A stretch of 54,244 nt of DNA from a virus (Duplodnaviria; Caudoviricetes). The number at the start of each line of letters is the position of its first letter. Within the stretch, counting starts at the first letter, position 1. A program made the translations under genes and the position numbers. Under the pieces are notes generated by a model. That model worked only from the letters and a program-made list of their open reading frames with translations, did no database searches and was not told where the DNA came from. Location of the stretch: positions 1-54,244 of the IMG/VR virus record IMGVR_UViG_3300025000_000132. One strand, written 5' to 3'. Positions 45,968 to 54,244 of the stretch are shown here, one piece after another.

Positions 45968-48021
45968 TGTACTCTTTCTCCCCCCTTCGTTTGCACTGCC
46001 GTCGATAACAGTGTCTTCAGATTTTCCAACTGGTTCCTGTCCTCGGCCGACTTGGCATTAGCCAGGTTACTCTCGACCCGGGAGAGGATCTCCTGGATCG
46101 TCGCCTCGGTGGACATCGCCACCACCTGTGCGTCCATGCTGGTCTTCTCAGCGGCTGCCGACTCCTTGGCGGTCTTGGCCTGGGTCAGTCCCTGTTCGAT
46201 CTGAGAGGCCTGCGAGGCGGATTCTCTCATGCCGGCCAGGACCTGCCGAGCCTCATCCTCCGGCAGTAGCCGGTCAACAGGAAGATCGCGGGCCTTGAGC
46301 CGGTCGATCAACAAGCCGTAGGTGTCGAGGATAGCCCGCTCCTCGTCGGTCAGGGTAGTGACGAACTGGTCAAGGGCGGCGCCGCGCACTTCCTTGGCGA
46401 CGAGCGACAGGTTACCCTTGGCGACGACGTGGTAGTCACCCTTCAGTTCCTCGTTCGGATTGAACTCCATGTTCCATTTCAGCAACGAGCCGATCAGGCT
46501 GGTAGTGAACTTGTCGAAGGCCCTGACGGTGTCCTTGGTAACCATGTTGGCCGAGCCCATCATCATGCTCATGTTGTTACTGGTCCTGAACGCCTCGCCG
46601 AGCGGCTGCTGCTGCATCGCCCCCATGGTGTAGGCCGGCAGGTTGCTCTCGATGTCGAGCTGCTGCCTTTCCATCTGGATGACGTTGAGGATGTCGGCGA
46701 CATGCGACTGGGTGACGATCGCCCGCACCGCCGGATACTGGGCATCGATGCCGTCGCCTTCCCGCTCGATGGTCATAAAAGCATGGATTGGACCGATGTT
46801 CTTGCGCCCGGGAGCGAGCAGGGATTTGTTGACCTCGAGGATCGGGCCGGCGCAGGCCGACATATTGTCTTTCAATATCCGGTGCGAAACGCAGAGCGAC
46901 ATCTGTGAGTCCCTGACCTCTTCCGGCAGGCCGACGCCGGTCAGCCCGGAGTCCTCGTCCTCGGCGTAGATGAAGGCATGGTATTGGTCGGACGGCCGTT
47001 CCCCGAAGGCTGCTTTCTGGGCTTTGATAATTACGTCGTCGATGAACCATAGGTCGGCGAAGACATCCTCGTCCATCTCGTCTTCTTTGATCTCAACCCC
47101 GGCTGCGGCCAGACTATGCGCTGAGATGAAGCCGAGGCCGCGGTAGACCTCATACCTGCGGGCGGTACGGTCGGAGAGGTTGGCCGTCTTAGCCAGTTGC
47201 TGCAACTCAGTCTCATATGTCTTGGCGGTGTAGTTGCCTTGTGGGTGGTCCGTCAGATACTGCTTGATCATGTCCGCCATGAAGTCATCGCGTTTGGCGA
47301 GGTTGCGAAAATCATGCCGGGTCATCACCACCCGCTCAAAAACCATGTCCTGGTCGATCCAGGCCTTGGCCATCAGGTCAGGGTAGAAGTCCCAGATCCG
47401 CAGACTCTCAGGATATGGCCGCTTGACTGTCTTAGTTTTGGCTACGTAAGCACTGGTCACCGGATCGGCTTCCCAGACTCGCTCCTGCTGGGTGCGGACC
47501 ATCGGGCTGCGGGCGATGCCGAAGCCGTAGATGTAACCGCTGCGCACCACCCGCTTGCAGAGCTGCGGGTAATCGATCTCGGCATCGGAGAGTTGATCGG
47601 CGATCTCGATCTCCATCTTGCCCTTCCTCGCCTCGGCAAAGGCCCTGACCTCCCGCTCGATCGCATCGCTGCTCATCGGCTGCCCGGATTGCTGCAGGGT
47701 GGAGAGGATATTCTGCAGAGCTTCCTGCGGGATCGATGGGCTGGGGGAGACCCCGAGTGCCCAGTTGCGATCCTGGCTGGGGAACATCATCTCCATCAGC
47801 TTGGCCACCCCGCCCTTGATCTTGACCTTGGTGTCCCGGGGGTAGACATGCGACCGCTCGTCCGGGATGCCGGCGAGGATGTCCGGATCGTACTGGCCGG
47901 CGTGTTGCCGGAGGTTCTTCAACCACTGGATTTCGCACAACGCCCGGTCATTGATGAACTGCCCGAGCTGACCTTTGAGCAACGTCCCTGTCTTTGCCAG
48001 TTCTTCGTAATTGATTTCCAT
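45964..48021 (-). CDS. Portal protein
   Basis: 685 aa, immediately after terminase; WLKNLRQ..GQYD, WDFYPD, GVGLP, WNMEFN. Confidence 0.82.
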   Translation of the reverse strand: MEINYEELAKTGTLLKGQLGQFINDRALCEIQWLKNLRQHAGQYDPDILAGIPDERSHVYPRDTKVKIKGGVAKLMEMMFPSQDRNWALGVSPSPSIPQEALQNILSTLQQSGQPMSSDAIEREVRAFAEARKGKMEIEIADQLSDAEIDYPQLCKRVVRSGYIYGFGIARSPMVRTQQERVWEADPVTSAYVAKTKTVKRPYPESLRIWDFYPDLMAKAWIDQDMVFERVVMTRHDFRNLAKRDDFMADMIKQYLTDHPQGNYTAKTYETELQQLAKTANLSDRTARRYEVYRGLGFISAHSLAAAGVEIKEDEMDEDVFADLWFIDDVIIKAQKAAFGERPSDQYHAFIYAEDEDSGLTGVGLPEEVRDSQMSLCVSHRILKDNMSACAGPILEVNKSLLAPGRKNIGPIHAFMTIEREGDGIDAQYPAVRAIVTQSHVADILNVIQMERQQLDIESNLPAYTMGAMQQQPLGEAFRTSNNMSMMMGSANMVTKDTVRAFDKFTTSLIGSLLKWNMEFNPNEELKGDYHVVAKGNLSLVAKEVRGAALDQFVTTLTDEERAILDTYGLLIDRLKARDLPVDRLLPEDEARQVLAGMRESASQASQIEQGLTQAKTAKESAAAEKTSMDAQVVAMSTEATIQEILSRVESNLANAKSAEDRNQLENLKTLLSTAVQTKGGERVQ

Positions 48022-48045
48022 TACTACCTCTTGTAAGTATTTAAT

Positions 48046-50415
48046 TTAATAGCCTTCTCGCTGAGCAGGTCGGTACGGCGTGGGTTGGTTGAGGGGGTTG
48101 AAGTCAGTAACCCTAATATGCTCAGCCGGGTCATACTTGCCTGACAATAAATATAAGTCACCATATTGCCCTGCTTCGGCGATATGTGACCATTCGTTCT
48201 TCTCAGGACTGTCGGAATACTTACCGGTCATCTTCTGTTTCTGGTATCGATATTTGCTTCGCAGGGCCTCGATATACCACTTACAGGACGGATCGATCAT
48301 CATCAGCGGGTCGCCATCCGGGTAGTTGCTCAGCATCTGCTCGGTCGCCTGGATCCTGGTAGTCGGATCGTTGGTCGACGCCGCCTTGACGATGGCTCCT
48401 TCCTCGTCGAAGTCTGCCTGCAGCACCTTGAACGCCGAGGACTCATCAGAGTCGGCCCGCCGCTTGCCGGCTGGATCGCCGATGAAGATCAACGGGTTGG
48501 TTGGGAAGAAGTTCTTGATGAGCGGACGCAGCTTGTTCTTGCTGAACCGCTTCATCCCCATGTCAAAAGCTACCGCCTCCCGCAGGACCCGCACTCGCCC
48601 GTCGAGATCCATCTGCTTAAAGGTCGCCGCCGGCGTTAACCCGCAGTCGAAAGAGATGATCACCGGTAGGAAAGGATCTATCTGCAGGGGAACCTGCGAT
48701 ACATGGCGTTCCGCCTTGAATGTAGTAGCGTAGACCGCCTTGCCTGAAAGCGATGGAGAATACATGCCATGGATGTATGTGTCGACAAAGGTCTTGGTCT
48801 CGCCCTCAGCCAGATCGGTGTAATAATCCGGATGAAGATGGTCCCTATTCTCCGCCTCTGGGGAGATACCCGAAGGCTGCTTGAAGGCATCGACCTTGAT
48901 GACGCTGTTCGGGTTCCCTTCTTCCTGGGGAAGATGCTCCATCATTTTATAAGCAGCACTGTCGATCTCCGGTGGGTTGGAGTCCATTATCAGGCCGTAC
49001 CACGTTCCAGGGACCTCAACCGGATTCGGGTATCGTCTGAGCCTGCCCTTGATCGAAGAGTAGAGCGCAACAGGCACCTCCCTGAATTCATTGATAAATG
49101 CTCCCGATAACTCCAAGCTGAGAACTCTTCCTATATCATCCTCGGTATCAAGCGGAAGGAACATTATCTCCGCATCTACTTCTCCGAAGTTCAGCCGGAA
49201 CAGCATCTTGGTATCGTGCCAGGTACCAAAGTCCTTCATCCAGTGCATCCACGTTTTGAGGGTGGTGTCGCGCAGCTGCTTATTAGTATTTCGGATGATC
49301 GCCCACCGCGAAGACCTCTTGCCTTTGTTCCAGATTGGCACCTCCAGACAACGACGCAGGATCTCGACGCAGCAGGCCGCGCTCTTGCCAGAGTTCCCAG
49401 TTACAAAAATCGAAGTGTTATGCCTCGCGAGGAAAAACCCCGACGAGACAGTAAAACAATACTTCTTTCCGTCCGTTGTAGGAACTCGCTCGGTTACTGT
49501 GTTATCGCATCGAAACATTGAAACAGCCCGCTGAGACCCTGGCGGAGCTATATGCACGACATACGTCGATCGCCAATTCTGCTGCGAGTATGTTTGTACA
49601 CTGATCGTTGCCCGCCCCCCTACGGCATGGACAGCGTACTGTATAAAATCAGCATCACACCTATTGGCAGAGTGATACCTGGTATCTGGCCCTTCAAACA
49701 AGCCATCCCAGTGAGTCATCTCGTCGACGACAATCTGTAGCTGCCGCTGAGACAGCCCCCACCAAAAGGCTCCTTCAAAAGTCTTCTCTTTGTACTCAGA
49801 CTCGAATACAAAAATCTCCTCGGTCGGACGTGTCGGGTAGCACCTACGAATGTAAGGTACTCCAGCTGCTGTTAAAAGTTCAACGATCCGGGTTTTCTTT
49901 CGATCTTTTCTAACGCAGATTGTTGTCTGCCGCCCAACTTTGGCGTGGTACGCATCAGCATTAATGGCTACTGCGAGTCGAAGAAACGCATCAGACACTG
50001 GGTAGTCTTTGGTTGTAGGGATGAAGTTTATAGGTATCCGGTTTTTAGAGAGCTTCTTTTCCAGCCTCGCTGCTGTTTTTACCTTGAAGTTCCCCGCCCA
50101 GTCATATACAGGAACTCTATGCTCAGCACTCAGCTGCATAGACAGGGTCCTGTTGTGGAACCATATAAGTTCGTCACACGGCAGGACTACATACGCTTCT
50201 GGTTCGACGAACCGAAGGGCTCCGGACTCATCCCACTGCGCTACTTTGTCTCCTGCCTCATACGCATCAATGCGCTTCCATCCTGTCGGAGTGAGGAACT
50301 CGGTGTCTGCGGAGGTACACCCGATCGGCCCCATGATTGCTCGATGGAAGGCGTTCGACCGCATGAACTTCGAGACGGTCGGCGACGCAGTGAATTTGAA
50401 ATCAATATCAGCCAC
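48046..50415 (-). CDS. terL: Terminase large subunit, intein-containing
   Basis: Walker A GPIG/SGKS split by intein; IIRNT..QLRDTT; SLEL..INE; DSNPP; nuclease FDCG, GDPAG, HIAEA. Confidence 0.92.
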   Translation of the reverse strand: MADIDFKFTASPTVSKFMRSNAFHRAIMGPIGCTSADTEFLTPTGWKRIDAYEAGDKVAQWDESGALRFVEPEAYVVLPCDELIWFHNRTLSMQLSAEHRVPVYDWAGNFKVKTAARLEKKLSKNRIPINFIPTTKDYPVSDAFLRLAVAINADAYHAKVGRQTTICVRKDRKKTRIVELLTAAGVPYIRRCYPTRPTEEIFVFESEYKEKTFEGAFWWGLSQRQLQIVVDEMTHWDGLFEGPDTRYHSANRCDADFIQYAVHAVGGRATISVQTYSQQNWRSTYVVHIAPPGSQRAVSMFRCDNTVTERVPTTDGKKYCFTVSSGFFLARHNTSIFVTGNSGKSAACCVEILRRCLEVPIWNKGKRSSRWAIIRNTNKQLRDTTLKTWMHWMKDFGTWHDTKMLFRLNFGEVDAEIMFLPLDTEDDIGRVLSLELSGAFINEFREVPVALYSSIKGRLRRYPNPVEVPGTWYGLIMDSNPPEIDSAAYKMMEHLPQEEGNPNSVIKVDAFKQPSGISPEAENRDHLHPDYYTDLAEGETKTFVDTYIHGMYSPSLSGKAVYATTFKAERHVSQVPLQIDPFLPVIISFDCGLTPAATFKQMDLDGRVRVLREAVAFDMGMKRFSKNKLRPLIKNFFPTNPLIFIGDPAGKRRADSDESSAFKVLQADFDEEGAIVKAASTNDPTTRIQATEQMLSNYPDGDPLMMIDPSCKWYIEALRSKYRYQKQKMTGKYSDSPEKNEWSHIAEAGQYGDLYLLSGKYDPAEHIRVTDFNPLNQPTPYRPAQREGY
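49393..50319 (-). mobile_element. Intein in the terminase Walker A loop (309 aa) with an in-frame, divergent LAGLIDADG-like region
   Basis: CTSADTEFLTPTGW..SAEHR..KYCFTV..VTGN followed by Ser; LAVAINADA and EMTHWDG. Confidence 0.9.
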
Positions 50416-50587
50416 ACACCACCTCAGCCTTCATCCTCTCATCCTGTACAATCTTTAGACAGTCAGCGATCGCCTTGGCCCTGACCGTCGCGTCCATCCC
50501 GCCCGGGATATAGACCCCGGCCGCGTCCTTGGCAGGCACCCTGACAGCGCAGTCGAGTAGTTGCTTGATTCGTTCCTCAGTAGCCAT
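50408..50587 (-). CDS. Small hypothetical protein upstream of terL
   Basis: GGAGAAG before ATG 50587 (MATEERIK). Confidence 0.55.
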   Translation of the reverse strand: MATEERIKQLLDCAVRVPAKDAAGVYIPGGMDATVRAKAIADCLKIVQDERMKAEVVCG

Positions 50588-50786
50588 TCTTCTCCTCCCG
50601 CTCCTGGGCGCAGGTGACGCAGTATAAGCATCCCGGCACGTACTGCCGGCGTTTCTCCGGGATAAGCTCCTCGCAGTCCAGGCAGTGAGCGCGAGACACT
50701 CCGTCGGTGCGCTGTCTGGCAGCAGCGATGGCCTGGTTGCGGAACAGCATCTCGAGTTCTCCGGCGCGATCAAGTTGGTCTGCCAT
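50577..50786 (-). CDS. TraR/DksA C4 zinc-finger protein
   Basis: MADQLDRA..CLDCEELIPEKRR..PGCLYCVTC. Confidence 0.88.
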   Translation of the reverse strand: MADQLDRAGELEMLFRNQAIAAARQRTDGVSRAHCLDCEELIPEKRRQYVPGCLYCVTCAQEREEKNGY

Positions 50787-50787
50787 C

Positions 50788-51366
50788 TCAGATCCTGTCG
50801 AACCAGCCGCGGTACTTCTCTTTGGCCGGGTACTTGCGCATCTGCTCAATGTAATGACTGCCTTGCAAGGTATTCATCACCCGCAACAGCCGGGGGATCG
50901 ACACTTCCGCCTTGGGCGGTCGCGACACACAGTACAATCGCAGGGTTTCCAGAGTCTTCCAGCCGACCTGCCCGTCGAGCACAAGGTCCGGGTACAGCCG
51001 CTTGTTAAGATTGAGCAGCGACAAGCCCTCCTGCAGGAACTGCACCCCGCGATGCACTCCGAAGTTGACTGAAGTATCGAAGACCTCAATGGCAACTTCC
51101 TCAGACCGATCAGCCAGGGCATCGCCCTGGATCCGGCACCAGAACTGCTCGTAGTAAAAATCTTCAACAGCCTGGATGATGCCTGGCGTAATATTTCCTT
51201 CTGATTGATCAAGCAGTTTCCAGCCAATCCAATATGGCCAGTTTTCTCGAGAAATCCCACTGAATGTATCCCCCCCGGGGTCAACTGGGTCGTTGGTGCG
51301 GAGGTTGCGCCCCTCCCGGTCCTGCATGACGTTGAAGGCGTCGTAAAAATGCTGGGACTTGATCAT
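50788..51366 (-). CDS. Endolysin, glycoside hydrolase 108-like with peptidoglycan-binding C-terminus
   Basis: EG..NDPVDPGGDTFSGIS, VFDTSVNFG, LQ..DGQVGWKT, GWFDRI. Confidence 0.85.
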   Translation of the reverse strand: MIKSQHFYDAFNVMQDREGRNLRTNDPVDPGGDTFSGISRENWPYWIGWKLLDQSEGNITPGIIQAVEDFYYEQFWCRIQGDALADRSEEVAIEVFDTSVNFGVHRGVQFLQEGLSLLNLNKRLYPDLVLDGQVGWKTLETLRLYCVSRPPKAEVSIPRLLRVMNTLQGSHYIEQMRKYPAKEKYRGWFDRI

Positions 51367-52094
51367 ACATGCACCCCTGGCACCTTCCTCGCAAACGCGC
51401 ATTCGCCGCGACGCAGGACTTCCCCGAAATCATCAAGGTCCATCACCCAGTAGCCATTCCTTCTTCTATTCCAATCCGACCAGGAATTAGGTCCACCAAT
51501 GATGTTCTGATGTAAGTTGACAAAAGTACCCGCAGTACAATGTCCTCCTATCACAGCCCCCCCCGGAGTACTCAATCCATCTACCTCGCGAGGCTCCATC
51601 ATTCCCTCGGTCCACTCAAGACCAAGAATCGCACTGCCATAATAATCAAGGCCTCGGATAACCTCTTCGACTGTGTAGGCGCGGCAGGATTCGGTAATCA
51701 ATCCCTCCTGCTTAGCAGTCTGCAGAATAGCGGCGATCGATGTGCCGTAACTGACAGGGTCGGACCCAGGCCGTTCAGACCCTGGCCATTGATCGTTGTC
51801 CTGAGTTCTGAAGTAGAACTCAAGTGCCCACTCGTCGCCAAGGGTGCGAATCCCTGGTTCATGCTCAAGAAAAGCTGCAAAACCAAACCCTCCGCAGGCA
51901 CTCCACTGTCCTTGACTGAGTAATGGGGCACCGAACTTCTTGACCCGATACTTGCTGATCAACTCTCGCTCACTGAGATCTATGCCTCCGTCCGGCGCCG
52001 CCATAGAGAGGAGATGCGGAGCGGTCGGGTCGGGTTGGAAGATGAGGCCGCAGCGTGGGTCTTGGGTTTCGGTCTTGCCGTCTCGTAGTAACAT
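51363..52094 (-). CDS. Papain-like (C1) cysteine peptidase
   Basis: QGQWSACGGF, GGHC, NSWSDW (Gln/Cys/His/Asn set). Confidence 0.78.
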   Translation of the reverse strand: MLLRDGKTETQDPRCGLIFQPDPTAPHLLSMAAPDGGIDLSERELISKYRVKKFGAPLLSQGQWSACGGFGFAAFLEHEPGIRTLGDEWALEFYFRTQDNDQWPGSERPGSDPVSYGTSIAAILQTAKQEGLITESCRAYTVEEVIRGLDYYGSAILGLEWTEGMMEPREVDGLSTPGGAVIGGHCTAGTFVNLHQNIIGGPNSWSDWNRRRNGYWVMDLDDFGEVLRRGECAFARKVPGVHV

Positions 52095-52095
52095 A

Positions 52096-52416
52096 TTAGT
52101 TCCCCAGGACTGCTCGTTTGACTTTTTCCCACCAACCTACGACGAATATACCACTCAGTCCGGTGAGGATGAATACAACGACGAAGCGCCTGACAATGCT
52201 CTTGCTGTCTTCCATCGCCGCGTTGAATTTCTTGTGCGCCTCGACCATCTCCCGCAGATCCTCCGGGGCTACACCAATGAAACGACAGCCAGCGGCCGTG
52301 TGACCCTCGCGTTGCTGGATGACATCCTCAACAATGGTGGATATTGCCTCGAGGTCGCTACCTGTCAATATGCTCTGGCGTCTTTCTGAACTTGCTGTGC
52401 CAACATCTTTCGTCAT
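52096..52416 (-). CDS. Membrane protein, holin-like
   Basis: Single C-terminal hydrophobic helix in the lysis region. Confidence 0.5.
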   Translation of the reverse strand: MTKDVGTASSERRQSILTGSDLEAISTIVEDVIQQREGHTAAGCRFIGVAPEDLREMVEAHKKFNAAMEDSKSIVRRFVVVFILTGLSGIFVVGWWEKVKRAVLGN

Positions 52417-52964
52417 TGATTCTCACCTTTCTCGTCTGCTCTGTAAAGTACATCCTCTCTGTCCTGAAACCTCTCATCGGGTTTTTCATAGTATTTCTTC
52501 CTAGCTTCCGCCAAACGACCTAGCCGGTGATGCACTGTCGGGTTCTGCATTGGATATGGATCCTCCTTACGGTCTCCGGAGAACCAGGCAAAGAACAGGA
52601 CCCCGGCAGTGCTGACCGCCGCCAGGTAGACCCCGCTTACCGCTGTCAGCACCTTTATCTTCGGCCACACATCCAGATCGGCGGCGAGGATGAGCGAGGC
52701 GCAGTTCAGGAAAAACCGGCCGTTGGCAGCCAGAAACGCTCTAGGAGTTTTTGCTGAACAAGCCCACTCAACATCGTGGCAGAGGCCAGCTGGATTGAGG
52801 TAAGCCTTGCCAAAGCTGTCAGGAACGATGGTGTCTCCCCAACCACTGCCAGCACCGAGGAAGGTGGGCCATGCTTCTGGGGGGAGATCGTATGGCCAGT
52901 GCTGCTCAAGGAAGTCCGGAGCTGTGATGGTTGCGCCCCAGCAGGGGATTTTGACGAAGTTCAT
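52413..52964 (-). CDS. DUF1353-like protein
   Basis: PAGLCHD motif then ANGRFF; GGAG RBS before ATG 52964. Confidence 0.5.
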   Translation of the reverse strand: MNFVKIPCWGATITAPDFLEQHWPYDLPPEAWPTFLGAGSGWGDTIVPDSFGKAYLNPAGLCHDVEWACSAKTPRAFLAANGRFFLNCASLILAADLDVWPKIKVLTAVSGVYLAAVSTAGVLFFAWFSGDRKEDPYPMQNPTVHHRLGRLAEARKKYYEKPDERFQDREDVLYRADEKGENQ

Positions 52965-52965
52965 T

Positions 52966-53154
52966 TCACTCTCCCGGATATCGCCCACGAACGCTGTCGG
53001 GATCGACGCATGCGAGGCGTTCGAGTTGCCGGTCAATCACTCGCTCCGATCTTTTTGTGATCAGCTTCGCAACTTTGCCGAAATGCCCGTCGCCAGGCCT
53101 CCTTGACCAGAAGTCGTACCCATCGCCCTTGCCCCCCTTCCTTGATCTACTCAT
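52966..53154 (-). CDS. Small basic hypothetical protein
   Basis: MSRSRKGGKGDGYDFWSRRP; ATGA overlap. Confidence 0.55.
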   Translation of the reverse strand: MSRSRKGGKGDGYDFWSRRPGDGHFGKVAKLITKRSERVIDRQLERLACVDPDSVRGRYPGE

Positions 53155-53615
53155 CGCCGAATTCTCCGCCAAGTCCACGGCTGCACCGGTACTGGATCGG
53201 CCCACAAGCCTACGCGGTTGCCGGCTGAAATTCCCTGAAGGGTAGCCCATGCGTTGCAGAATGATTTCTTGCAGTAGTCCGGATAGACCCAGGCATACCC
53301 GGAAAGAATCAGTTGTTCCTGCAGGCACTGGGTACCAAGCATGACGATTGCGACGGTACGGCCATATGTGTACTCGCCGGTCGGCAGGACATCGACCATT
53401 TCCCCCTCAACCATCGTCTCGACAAAATCCTTCGCCGCCATGCCGTAGGCCTGTTTCTTTTCGGGGCTGTCAATACCGTAGAGCCTGACTGTGGTCAGCC
53501 CGGTCTCGTCGATCACCTTGATCGTATCGCCATCGATCACGCTGACGACGGTGGCTGTTTTCGCCTGGACTGAAACTGCGATGAGCAGGGCGAGAAGAAC
53601 TATAATTTGACGCAT
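53151..53615 (-). CDS. Thermonuclease (SNase) family protein with signal peptide
   Basis: VIDGDT, VRLYGIDSPEKKQAYG, YGRT, GLW..PW. Confidence 0.9.
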   Translation of the reverse strand: MRQIIVLLALLIAVSVQAKTATVVSVIDGDTIKVIDETGLTTVRLYGIDSPEKKQAYGMAAKDFVETMVEGEMVDVLPTGEYTYGRTVAIVMLGTQCLQEQLILSGYAWVYPDYCKKSFCNAWATLQGISAGNRVGLWADPVPVQPWTWRRIRR

Positions 53616-53788
53616 AACTTTACTCCTGTGGGTTGGTAGCGGAATCTATCGCAGCCTACGCCGGCCCGACCGTTGTCATCAAAGGAGAAGCATGGCCCAG
53701 GCTCCGGGCAGTACCGATCTTTGACATAGTGCAGTCCCTCGTCATTTTTCTTGGTCATATGCAAACTGTCTTCCGCAATCACTCTCAT
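53600..53788 (-). CDS. Small hypothetical protein
   Basis: GGAGGGG RBS. Confidence 0.45.
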   Translation of the reverse strand: MRVIAEDSLHMTKKNDEGLHYVKDRYCPEPGPCFSFDDNGRAGVGCDRFRYQPTGVKLCVKL

Positions 53789-53899
53789 AACCCCTCCCAG
53801 GATTAAAGACTATGCCTCAGTCGTCGCAATCCTCGTTCGGCGTCAGGCACACCGGGCAGAACCCGCCATGGTATTTATGCCCGCAATTTTTACAGGTGG

Positions 53900-54136
53900 T
53901 CATATCATCCGCTTATGCTTCAGCCAGGTTCGACCAGCAACGTAAATGGCAGCAACCAGAGCCGGAGCTTGGGACGTGCTCTGCACCACTTGAATGTCGT
54001 GCTGCGACTGGGTAATCACCGCGATAACAGCGCCGAGATCAATTCCGAGCTGGTTGCTGAAATATGGGATGATCACGGCGGCGGCCATCCAGAATTCCGA
54101 GGACTTGAAACCTTTTTGGAGTAGGCCTTCGTTCAT
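53900..54136 (-). CDS. Holin-like membrane protein
   Basis: KGFKSSEFW, two hydrophobic segments, YVAGRTWLK. Confidence 0.6.
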   Translation of the reverse strand: MNEGLLQKGFKSSEFWMAAAVIIPYFSNQLGIDLGAVIAVITQSQHDIQVVQSTSQAPALVAAIYVAGRTWLKHKRMI

Positions 54137-54244
54137 ATTGGTCACCAGTACATAGTTACAGTTTTGCTCTTATCCCCATATGGAGCATGCAGGTAGATAC
54201 CGCCGTGAGATGTTCCGGTATCGTTGTCGCCGTCACCATTTGGA

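Larger units (their letters stand above)
1..54244. mobile_element. Tailed dsDNA bacteriophage genome (podovirus-like, PolA + N4-gp56-type capsid), near complete
   Basis: Terminase, portal, scaffold, capsid, tail, endolysin, PolA, helicase and primase are all present in two convergent arms; no host housekeeping genes. Confidence 0.95.

Noticed and set aside
49945-50484. + strand ORFs over the terminase intein as a second nested gene
   Set aside because: Antisense and motif-free; this intein already has an in-frame endonuclease-like region
54137-54244. Circular join or terminal repeat with the window start
   Set aside because: No repeat of the first bases is visible, and joining the ends closes the leftward ORF after three more codons, so completeness cannot be claimed

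Overview
The window looks like most or all of a tailed dsDNA phage genome with a podovirus-like layout. I found no integrase, RNA polymerase, tape measure, tRNA, rRNA or CRISPR array. The + strand arm (about 0.6-26 kb) carries small early genes, a palindrome-rich non-coding region (candidate origin), family A DNA polymerase, a PD-(D/E)XK nuclease, a nucleotidyltransferase + DHH pair, VRR-NUC, an SNF2-like helicase, an SSB-like protein, a primase-DUF927 helicase, SLOG, ThyX, a dATP/dGTP diphosphohydrolase, and RyR and Lar-like genes. The - strand arm (54-26 kb) carries lysis and accessory genes, terminase, portal, scaffold, an N4-gp56-type major capsid, tail proteins and a 2302-aa polyvalent virion protein. 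Highlights: (1) an intein in the polymerase whose HNH-type homing endonuclease is encoded in a different reading frame with its own ribosome-binding site; (2) a LAGLIDADG endonuclease inserted in frame inside ThyX with no visible intein or intron splicing machinery; (3) a canonical terminase intein; (4) a giant, probably ejected protein carrying an Acb1-like 2H phosphoesterase, a HExxH metallopeptidase and a PLxRFG domain; (5) two substitutions at normally conserved polymerase active-site residues; (6) a GTAAACC motif tied to promoters. All family assignments come from motif recognition by eye; no searches were run.
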